A stretch of DNA of 64,000 nucleotides, taken from an uncultured Poribacteria bacterium (GTDB taxonomy: Bacteria > Poribacteria > WGA-4E > WGA-3G). The notes beneath the pieces were generated by a model, which was given only the letters and a program-made list of their open reading frames with translations, had not been told where the DNA came from and made no database searches. Position 1 is the stretch's first letter. Every line of letters starts with the position of its first letter. The stretch lies in the NCBI GenBank assembly GCA_951813565.1, contig OX638351.1, positions 3,410,492 through 3,474,491 on the forward strand, written 5' to 3'. Made by a program: the position numbers and the translations under genes. Shown one piece after another: positions 39,123 through 47,508 of this stretch.

Positions 39123-39958
39123 ATGGCATATTCAACAGATTTACGCAAACGCGTGCTTGATTTCATCAATAATGGTGGCAGTAAAGCCGCCGCAGAACGC
39201 ACTTTTCGTGTCTCAAGAAGAACGATCTATAACTGGTTGGAAGCAGAAGACCCCTTCGCCTGTGAAAAACCGGGACCCAAAGGGCCCCGAGATATTGATT
39301 ATGACGCACTTCAGCAACATGTTGCCGATTTCCCAGATTCCACACTCGCCGAACGTGCTAAACACTTCGGTGTTTCAACAAATGGCATCTTTTATGCCTT
39401 CTCAAAACTCAATATCACGCGAAAAAAAAGACCACGACCTACAAAGAACAGTGTCCGATAAAACGCCAAGAGTATCTTTCGGCACTTCAACAAGAGACAC
39501 AGGCGCATGGCAAAACACCGGTTTATCTTGACGAAAGTGGTTTCACTGAAACCACTTTCCGTCGGTATGCTTATGCCCCGAAAGGTGTCCGTGTTGAAGA
39601 TAAAGTGCCAAGCCATCGGTATACCACCACGACGCTGATTGCTGCAAGGCTTGATGGATGTTTCACAGCACCTGTGCTTTTCGAGGGCAGTTGCGACGCG
39701 GTCGCCTTCAACAGTTGGCTTTCGGAAATGTTGTGTCCATTGCTTGACGATAGCCATGTTGTGATTATGGATAATGCGTCTTTCCACAAAGGTTCACAGA
39801 CGGCGGCATTGATCCGGGATTGCGGTGCGAGTTTGTTGTTTTTACCGCCGTATTCACCGGAGTTGAACCCGATTGAGAAGGATTTCGCCAACATCAAGCG
39901 GATACGTCAATACAACGCTGAGACCTCTATTGATGATATTATAAAAGTGTATAAGTAA
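39123..39958 (+). mobile_element. IS630 (Tc1/mariner-like) family transposase gene requiring a -1 frameshift at an A8 run (or frameshift pseudogene)
   Basis: N-terminus MAYSTDLRKRVLDFI (IS630 HTH). C-terminal DDE with LPPYSPELNPIEKDF signature. The two halves lie in frames 3 and 2 and are joined by the slippery run GAAAAAAAAG at 39421-39430. Confidence 0.8.
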
Positions 39959-40327
39959 TTACGGGATTTACTATAAGGTATTGTAAAACTTTTTGCATTT
40001 TTTGTCAACAACTTTTTTGAATTTTATCAAAAAATATAATTTATTATCAATAACCGAATGGACTTTAAGCAGAACCATTCAGTTTTCCAATAATTTCTAC
40101 CTTTTACTTAAACCTCTTCCTGTTGGCATTCCCCGTCCGGCATTCGCCATGATTTGTAGCGTTGATTTCTTGATTTGGCGTTGATTCACTGGTCGCGACC
40201 CTGTCTTTAATATTCAGAAAAACGCGAAAACTGAATGGCTCCGGAACACATCTCAAATTTGCGTTGATATTCACAAATAAATCTGTTATTATATTTGAAA
40301 ATAGCCATTTGTAAAGGCATTTCACCT

Positions 40328-41029
40328 ATGAACGCTGAACCAACCGCTATAAACGAACTACTCACTCAAATTCGTCAGCATCTTCTTCCACAAGTTGCGA
40401 GTCTCACTGAATTCCAATCGGTAACTGGGTTGCAACAATTCCGGAACCGTTTGCATAGTATCCACAATTTTTGTCTGCGTGCTGAACTGTCAGGTGAGGT
40501 TAGCAATCAAGTGGAGGTGCTGCTTTCAACGAGCGCGAGTTTTTGGCACCTTATTGCTGAAAACGAGATGCTGTTGACAAACTTGAAAGACTTTACGCGT
40601 GTTCGCACTTTCTCAGCAGAAGCAGAAGGCATAACCAACTTAGAGGAACTACTTTCTGGAGAGGACACGCTGCGCGATGTGATTATCAACAGTATCGCCT
40701 TTATGCTAAATTGGAAGGCGAATACTATCTGGGTTGATTCTGCTAAGAAAGCACGCACTGCGATGACAAAAAACTATATGCTTGAGATTCAGGACAGGAT
40801 TTGGCAATTTATCAAAGAGAGTCAAAACCAATCAGAACCGATTGATGTAGCACAATCTGAACAGGTGCGAGAACGAGCAGAAAAATTCATGCAGCTTATT
40901 CAAGTGGGTGAATTGACAACTGAAGCACAAGTGACTTTGTTGATGCAAATTTATAACATGTTACTCCGATTCCAACTTGGACAATTGATTATCCAGTTAG
41001 AAAACTTGCAGGAAAATGAAGACAATTAG
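40328..41029 (+). CDS. hypothetical protein
   Basis: Alpha-helical ORF. Start uncertain (40295 or 40328). No motif recognised. Confidence 0.4.
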   Translation: MNAEPTAINELLTQIRQHLLPQVASLTEFQSVTGLQQFRNRLHSIHNFCLRAELSGEVSNQVEVLLSTSASFWHLIAENEMLLTNLKDFTRVRTFSAEAEGITNLEELLSGEDTLRDVIINSIAFMLNWKANTIWVDSAKKARTAMTKNYMLEIQDRIWQFIKESQNQSEPIDVAQSEQVRERAEKFMQLIQVGELTTEAQVTLLMQIYNMLLRFQLGQLIIQLENLQENEDN

Positions 41030-41062
41030 GTGCTGCTGCCTTTTAGATAGAAGGTTTATTGT

Positions 41063-41845
41063 ATGAAGAAAGAACTCTTTGAATCACTCGTTGGAGTTAT
41101 AGCGACGTTAAGAGGCGAAAACGGGTGTCCGTGGGATCGGGAGCAGACACATACATCTTTAAAATCCACACTCATTGAAGAAACTTACGAGACGGTTGAA
41201 GCGATTGATTCTGGCGATCCGAAAAAATTGAAAGAAGAACTTGGCGACCTTCTATTGAACATCATGCTCCAAGCGCAAATTGCTGCAGAGAACCAAGATT
41301 TTGACATTTACGATGTGATTGATACGTTGACAGAGAAATTAATTCGAAGACACCCACATGTGTTTGGTGATGTTCATGTTGATAACGCTGAAGAAGTTGT
41401 AAAAAACTGGGAAGCTATTAAAAGTCAAGAGGCTGGTTACGAGGATAGAAAATCAGTGCTTGACGGTGTTCCAAATGCGCTTCCTGCTTTGCTTCGTGGA
41501 CAGAAAATACAGAAACGAGCAGCGCGGGTCGGTTTTGATTGGGATAACATCGCTGATGTGGTTGCAAAGGTGGACGAAGAGTTAGCAGAAGTTAAAGAGA
41601 GCCTGCACAATAATGATTCTGACGCTGCCGAAATGGAAATCGGAGACCTTTTGTTTGCTGTTGTGAATTTGTGCCGTTTTGTTGACCTTCAAGCCGAGGA
41701 GACGTTGCGAAAATCAAATCGTAAGTTTATAGCTCGATTTAAACGGATGGAAACAGAATTGGAAAAACAGGGAAAAACTTTTACCGAGCAAACACTGGCG
41801 GAACTAGACGAAATTTGGGAAAAAGTCAAGAAAGATGAATCATGA
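41063..41845 (+). CDS. mazG: nucleoside triphosphate pyrophosphohydrolase MazG
   Basis: Tandem MazG EExxE motifs: NGCPWDREQTHTSLKSTLIEETYETVEAI...ELGDLLL and a second half EELAEVKE...EIGDLLFAVVNL. Confidence 0.9.
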   Translation: MKKELFESLVGVIATLRGENGCPWDREQTHTSLKSTLIEETYETVEAIDSGDPKKLKEELGDLLLNIMLQAQIAAENQDFDIYDVIDTLTEKLIRRHPHVFGDVHVDNAEEVVKNWEAIKSQEAGYEDRKSVLDGVPNALPALLRGQKIQKRAARVGFDWDNIADVVAKVDEELAEVKESLHNNDSDAAEMEIGDLLFAVVNLCRFVDLQAEETLRKSNRKFIARFKRMETELEKQGKTFTEQTLAELDEIWEKVKKDES

Positions 41846-42573
41846 AGTCCCTCGATAAGTTTCAAGCGTACCCAGAATATGAGAAGTATTCCCAACTCAT
41901 CAATCAATTGGATCCAAACGCTCCGCCACAGGTCGTAATTGTACATCGGACAACTAACCCTATTCGTGCATCAGGTAAAAAACTCGGCATATTTTCCGGT
42001 TCTTTTAATCCGCTTACTGTAGCACACATCAAGATGGTTGAAGAAGCACAGGAGCGTTTCCAACTGGATGAATTGCTGCTACTTCTCGCTAAGGCAAATG
42101 TTGATAAAGATGTATTCGGGTGGTCGTTAGCTGGGAGGATTTTGACACTCAAACGTTATGCGGAAAATGGTACTGATGTTTCAGTCGGTATATCCAGCCA
42201 TGGTCGATATATTGACAAAGTAGAAGCTTTGAGAGCGGTTTATCCTGTCGATACGGAGTTTCACTTCATTGTTGGCTACGATACACTGGTCCGGATTTTT
42301 GATCCGAAATACTATACGGATATTCAGACAGAATTACAGCATCTTTTTTCACAGTGCCATTTCATTGCTGCAAACCGTGATCACGTGGACATAGAAACGC
42401 TAAAAGAATTCCTTGCGCAGCCAGCACTTCAATCGTATAGATCATCTATTGCATACCTGATACTTCCAGAATGCTATGCAGAGGTTTCCTCCACAGAAGT
42501 GCGTCAGCGAATAGCACAAGGTGATACTATTTCCCATTTAGTCCCACCTGTTATTGCTGAATTTTTGGAATAA
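41842..42573 (+). CDS. cytidylyltransferase-like protein, nicotinate/nicotinamide-nucleotide adenylyltransferase (NadD)-like
   Basis: KKLGIFSGSFNPLTVAHIKM resembles the (H/T)xGH nucleotidyltransferase motif of the NadD/NMNAT family. Start overlaps the mazG stop (ATGA). Confidence 0.55.
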   Translation: MKSLDKFQAYPEYEKYSQLINQLDPNAPPQVVIVHRTTNPIRASGKKLGIFSGSFNPLTVAHIKMVEEAQERFQLDELLLLLAKANVDKDVFGWSLAGRILTLKRYAENGTDVSVGISSHGRYIDKVEALRAVYPVDTEFHFIVGYDTLVRIFDPKYYTDIQTELQHLFSQCHFIAANRDHVDIETLKEFLAQPALQSYRSSIAYLILPECYAEVSSTEVRQRIAQGDTISHLVPPVIAEFLE

Positions 42574-43163
42574 CCATTCCCATTATACCATCTATAGCAA
42601 ATAACTGGTTTTCCTAATTTTTTACAGGCGTAAATGCGTGCATCTAAATGTTCACAAAATAAACAAGAATGAAAAAGACGAATTTCTGGTATAGGTTGAA
42701 AGTGAGCACATCTGTTCGCAGTTTCAGCCATCTCACTTAGATGCGTTCGGAAAACGATATTATTTAATTCGGATTTAGCGGCACGGTCTATTGCTCGTTT
42801 CTTTTCTCCGAGTTGTTCCCAGATTTTGTTAATCACTTCTGTTAAAATCGCGCGATATGTTCGTTCACCGGCAGGCTCAGGGGAGTAAAGCGTAACCTCG
42901 TTTTTGACACAATAATTTGCAAGCCTTTTGAGTAGACTGATATCACCTTTTCGGTATTCTTCTCGCAATTCAGCTTTGAACCTTTGTTGAAACTTGTCCC
43001 ACCCAATAAAGCGCGACTCCCATTTTTTTAACAAAGGCACAGAAGGTGTGAGTTCAGGAATTCCCCGGATACCTTCTATTTTCTGGTGGCAGATAACGAA
43101 CTTATCATGCGTATTACTTTCTGTTTGGTTTTGGAGTGCGTCTAAATACAGCACGTTCTTCAT
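42504..43163 (-). CDS. hypothetical protein (DUF488-like?)
   Basis: Protein-like ORF converging on the NadD-like gene. Family assignment weak. Confidence 0.35.
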   Translation of the reverse strand: MKNVLYLDALQNQTESNTHDKFVICHQKIEGIRGIPELTPSVPLLKKWESRFIGWDKFQQRFKAELREEYRKGDISLLKRLANYCVKNEVTLYSPEPAGERTYRAILTEVINKIWEQLGEKKRAIDRAAKSELNNIVFRTHLSEMAETANRCAHFQPIPEIRLFHSCLFCEHLDARIYACKKLGKPVICYRWYNGNGYSKNSAITGGTKWEIVSPCAIR

Positions 43164-43543
43164 CCTCTTCAGAAACACTATTCACAATATTAATTTTAAC
43201 GTTAAAACAAAAATAGGGTTTATTTCATTTTAACATTTAAATAAATATTGCGCAACAATATTTATAATTTGGCGCAAAGATAGGAAAAGGTGAACCCAAG
43301 AAGTGTTATAGCGGATTCTACAATTAACTGGACATCTGAGCTGTCCGAGGGAACTCCGATTCCCCACTACCAGTGGTTTCGTCGCAATTCGGAGATCGCT
43401 CCTACAGAATATATGTGAACTTATTTACATAATTTACTATAATAACCCAAGTTGCTACCTATTTCGTAAATTCTCTTGTAGGAGGGGTTTCTAACCCCGA
43501 TTTAGAACAAAAGACATCCAGAATCAACGAAAACCCTTGTTTT

Positions 43544-44476
43544 TTACTGTAAATTATTGGAATCTGAGTCTACAGATTTTACGAAGTGTCGATTATTATG
43601 CTGTATAGCCATATTAATAGTTATTCTCCACACCCATGTATGGAAAGGACATACAGATTGAAAAGAGTTTAACCCATTGACCACCTGTTCCAGCGTAAGA
43701 ATATCCAGTGCTTTTATCTCTTCGTCATAACGCCCGAAGAATTTCTCAAGAGCATTACGGATCCAAGGTTTTACCGTATCTTTTATCAACTCAGTTGCAT
43801 CACAATCACCGTTCACTGCGGCGGCTATTATTTTTTTATCTGTCTTCTTATCGTTTTGATTTTGGGATTGAACAAATTCTGACGACATAATTCCTCCTTT
43901 TTTATATTCTACACCAAACTCCTTTCGTAGGAGTGATCTTATTTCTCTAAGTCTTGTCTTGACCGTGCCTATCGGTAAATCAAGTTCTCTGGCAATCTCT
44001 TTCATGCTCCACGATTCTAAATAATACAATACTGCAACGGAACGCACCCGTTGTGGAAGATGATGAACTGCTTCTCTTGCCTCAGCACGGAGCTCATATT
44101 CCCAGAAGCGTGGTGCCGCCTCTTGGTCAATTTGCTCAAACAACTCCGCATCGGTGTACGGGATTTCACGTCTTGAGCGTTTAGGGGAAGCGTAGTACCT
44201 GTTGCAAGCGTTATAAGTAATTTTCTGCAGCCACGGTCCAAAACTTTCCACTTTCTTTAGCCCGCTAATGTTGTCCCATACTGCTATCCAGCTATCCGTG
44301 AGAATTTCTTCTGCATCAAGACGTTGCCGTGAATTTGCCATAATCACACGCCAGATTCGTGGTGTATAACGGGACATGAGTTCAGAAAACGCTGCTTCAT
44401 TCTGGTTTTGTACTAATCGTATGAGGTCTTCATCTTTCAGGCTTTTGATAAATTCCAAATCGTAGTACATAAACAA
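43544..44476 (-). CDS. ECF-type RNA polymerase sigma factor with C-terminal extension resembling a second, partial sigma2 domain
   Basis: Sigma region 2 (ILTDSWIAVWDNI...FGPWLQKITYNACNRY) and region 4 (LPQRVRSVAVLYYLESWSMKEIARELDLPIGTVKTRLREIR). C-terminal about 110 aa contain another region-2-like segment FHTWVWRITINMAIQHNNR. Confidence 0.7.
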   Translation of the reverse strand: MFMYYDLEFIKSLKDEDLIRLVQNQNEAAFSELMSRYTPRIWRVIMANSRQRLDAEEILTDSWIAVWDNISGLKKVESFGPWLQKITYNACNRYYASPKRSRREIPYTDAELFEQIDQEAAPRFWEYELRAEAREAVHHLPQRVRSVAVLYYLESWSMKEIARELDLPIGTVKTRLREIRSLLRKEFGVEYKKGGIMSSEFVQSQNQNDKKTDKKIIAAAVNGDCDATELIKDTVKPWIRNALEKFFGRYDEEIKALDILTLEQVVNGLNSFQSVCPFHTWVWRITINMAIQHNNRHFVKSVDSDSNNLQ

Positions 44477-44699
44477 ATCCCTGATTAGTGTTTAATATAT
44501 AGAGGAAGGTTTTTAAGAAAAAGGTTTAAAAAGATGAAATAATTCTATTTTTATGTGAGTTCAACAAAAGGATTTAAGGATTACAGCAGTGAATCGCCTT
44601 AAATTACTTTAGCAACTTTGGCAGTTGAGCAGTCAGTACAATACGCCAAAGTGCAAAAGCAAGTAATTCTTTGAGAGTTTACCACGAGGTAACAGGAAT

Positions 44700-47246
44700 T
44701 TAGGGATTTACATTCCAGATGAGGACAGTACCATCGTCACTTCTACTGCCGAGGGATTTCCCATCTGGACTGAACGCGATACTTCTAACCCAAGCTGTAT
44801 GACCGGTCAGTGTTTTCTTGTGCTTACCGGTATGTGGGTCCCATAAGTTGATGTTACTCTCAAAACCACCGCTTGCAAGTGTTTTGCCATCTGAACTAAA
44901 CGCTAAATCAAACACACGATGCGTCGGTTTGGTGATCTTCATCTTGGTTTGCGCAGTATCAATATCCCACAAGAGGATGATTTCGCCACCCCCGATTGCG
45001 AGGGTCTTACCATCTGGACTGAACGCGAGTCCGCACCAAGCACTATCTATCCGCCAATCTACAATATCATTTCGCAACGCATTATCCAAATCAAGTATAT
45101 TCTTTATCTCACCAGTATCTGTATCCCATACGGGAATAGTATTATCTTCACTACTTGTGGTAGCGACAAATCTACTATCCGGACTAAATGCTATAGCAAA
45201 AATATCTTTTTGATGACTGGATAGGACAAACTTCTCTTCACCTGTGAACATATCGCATAATCTGAGCAGATTGTCATCTAATGCAATTGCGAGTGTATTT
45301 CCGACGGGACTGAGTTTCAAACTATGGTTATGCCATTCATATTTCGTCGGTAACATTTTGCGCTCACCTGTGTTTGCATCCCATAAGTGCATACAATACT
45401 CACCCGATTCACCACCATCTCCCCATGCAAGTATTTTTCCATCAGGGATACACTTAAGATTTTGTATTTCACCGTTTAACATCGGATCCCTAAACTCATT
45501 GTCCGTTTTGATGAGTTCTCCTGTGTGTGCATCCCATACACGGATAGTACCATAGCCATAAGCAACTGTAACAGTCTGTCCATTAGAAGTGAAAGCAAAA
45601 GATTCCGTAGATCCGTTATGTCCATTGATAGCATAGTCTTTCGGGTTACCTGTATGTGCATCCCAGAAGCGGATGAGACCATCGCCTCTTCCACTCGCAA
45701 GTGTTTTTCCATCCGGACTAAATGCTAAACTGTAAAAGTCTGATTTGTGTTCTGTAAGTGTTAGTTTACCTTCACCTGTATGTGCGTCCCAAAGACGAAT
45801 TTTATTTTCTCCGTGTGAAGAACTCGCAAGGGTATTACCGTCAGGATTAAACGCTAAGCGTTTAACAGCCCCTGAATGTCCAGAGAGCTTAATCTTCAAT
45901 TCGCCTGTATTTAAGTCGTTAATGTAAATACTATTGTCTTCCTCTGTTAAAGCATTGCTGACAGCAAATGTATTCCCAACAAGATTGCATGCAATTCTAT
46001 GTTCATAATTAGTTGGCTCTGAAATTGTTTGCTTGTGTTTTCCTGTGATCACATTCCAGAGTGAGATTTCTGCGTCCATACTGCCACAATAAATAGTCTC
46101 TCCATCCAGACCGAATGCCAAGTCTTTGATTATTCCAGAATAATCTTTAGTGAGTGTATTCTTAAGTTCACCAGTGACTGCATCACAAATATGGATAGTA
46201 TTTCGATATCCGCACGCAAGGGTTTTTCCATCTGGACTGAATGCCAGACCTGGTGCCCTAATTGTAAAAGAACTTAAGGTCTTATCCGTTGGCTCAATAA
46301 CTTTTTTATAGGAACTTGTTCTTCTATCCCATAATAGAATTGTACCATCCATACTTCCACTGGCTATGGTGCATCCATCCGGACTGAATGCAACGCTGGA
46401 AACTTCACTCTGATGCTCAGTTAGCAGAGAGATTTCTTTATGGGTTTTCACATCGTAGAGCCAAATACCGATACTACTTGCAACTGCCAGAATTGTACCA
46501 TCGGGAGAATACTGTAGCTCCTGTATCGTACCTTTTCCGAGACGTGCTTTAGCATCTTTAGGCAGGTTCCATTGCATAGAATCTTGTGTTAAGTTGTTTT
46601 CCATTGTTTTGATTCCTTTTGGTAAACCAAGGTCTTTGTTCCTATCAGAGATAGTACTACTTCTAATTTGATATAACAAATCAGGTATTGTTTCTATGTC
46701 AACAATAATTCGTAGACGATTTCGAGCACGTTGAAGTCTACTTTTGACAGTGTTCGGAGACACACTCAAAAACTTTCCAATCGCTTCACAACTCATTTCT
46801 CCGAGGTAGTGGAGGATTATCACCGTGCGTTCGCTCTCCGATAGCATTTCCAGAAGATAATCTACTATTTCACGACGAAACTCAGCAGATGCTTCTTCAC
46901 GCTGTTCTGCAATATAATTGGCAAAAGCGGTTTTTTCGAGTGCCTCTTCACTAATGGTTTCCAGTGATTGCATCGCCAGTTTCTTCTTTCGAAACCATGC
47001 TGTGCAACGTCGGTCAGCGATAACATAGAGCCATCCTATAAACTGACTTGGATTTTCCAGCGAAGCAAGTTTTTTGTGCGCTTGAACGAAAGTGTCTTGT
47101 GTAATTTCTTCAGCGATGTGGAAATCACCGATTTTCCGCCATGCAAAAGCATGGATACGTTTTTGGTGTTTTCTGAACAAATCGCTGAAAGCATCTTCGT
47201 CACCAGACAGTATATTTTGAATTAGTTCAATGTCGTCTCTTTCCAT
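44700..47246 (-). CDS. ECF sigma factor domain fused to a WD40 beta-propeller (no TM segment)
   Basis: N-terminal 190 aa is an ECF sigma: region 2 ITQDTFVQAHKKL...FIGWLYVIADRRC and region 4 LSESERTVIILHYLGEMSCEAIGKFLSVSPNTVKSRLQRAR. More than 12 WD40 repeats follow, starting with the LPKDAKARLGKG motif. Confidence 0.85.
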   Translation of the reverse strand: MERDDIELIQNILSGDEDAFSDLFRKHQKRIHAFAWRKIGDFHIAEEITQDTFVQAHKKLASLENPSQFIGWLYVIADRRCTAWFRKKKLAMQSLETISEEALEKTAFANYIAEQREEASAEFRREIVDYLLEMLSESERTVIILHYLGEMSCEAIGKFLSVSPNTVKSRLQRARNRLRIIVDIETIPDLLYQIRSSTISDRNKDLGLPKGIKTMENNLTQDSMQWNLPKDAKARLGKGTIQELQYSPDGTILAVASSIGIWLYDVKTHKEISLLTEHQSEVSSVAFSPDGCTIASGSMDGTILLWDRRTSSYKKVIEPTDKTLSSFTIRAPGLAFSPDGKTLACGYRNTIHICDAVTGELKNTLTKDYSGIIKDLAFGLDGETIYCGSMDAEISLWNVITGKHKQTISEPTNYEHRIACNLVGNTFAVSNALTEEDNSIYINDLNTGELKIKLSGHSGAVKRLAFNPDGNTLASSSHGENKIRLWDAHTGEGKLTLTEHKSDFYSLAFSPDGKTLASGRGDGLIRFWDAHTGNPKDYAINGHNGSTESFAFTSNGQTVTVAYGYGTIRVWDAHTGELIKTDNEFRDPMLNGEIQNLKCIPDGKILAWGDGGESGEYCMHLWDANTGERKMLPTKYEWHNHSLKLSPVGNTLAIALDDNLLRLCDMFTGEEKFVLSSHQKDIFAIAFSPDSRFVATTSSEDNTIPVWDTDTGEIKNILDLDNALRNDIVDWRIDSAWCGLAFSPDGKTLAIGGGEIILLWDIDTAQTKMKITKPTHRVFDLAFSSDGKTLASGGFESNINLWDPHTGKHKKTLTGHTAWVRSIAFSPDGKSLGSRSDDGTVLIWNVNP

Positions 47247-47285
47247 CAGAAACCTCCATAATCAATTTATGCTTACAATAATAGG

Positions 47286-47315
47286 TGACGCGATTTTACT
47301 GTGGATGGGTTGCAA
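47286..47315 (-). promoter_or_regulatory. conserved upstream motif, candidate ECF-type promoter (TTGCAACC-N15-CGCGTCA in gene orientation)
   Basis: The same motif with identical spacing is found upstream of the paralogs ending at 50220 (motif 50261..50290) and 51410 (motif 51450..51479). Flanking sequence ATTTTTGCAACC...GTAAAATCGCGTCA.CT.TTATTGTAAGCAT is conserved in all three. Confidence 0.45.
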
Positions 47316-47508
47316 AAATGCAATAATTCAAAATATTGAATTCTTACACAAAATCATAAGAAAAGTTTTTTAGTAAAATCTATAATTACTTTTATACTTT
47401 GGTAGGTGCGGTTTCCCAACCGCACTTACCAGTGATGCGACATATTTTAGATTTTACTATAAGTTCTATGGATTGAAACAAACAGTGTTAACTGTGAGGT
47501 AAGTGATG

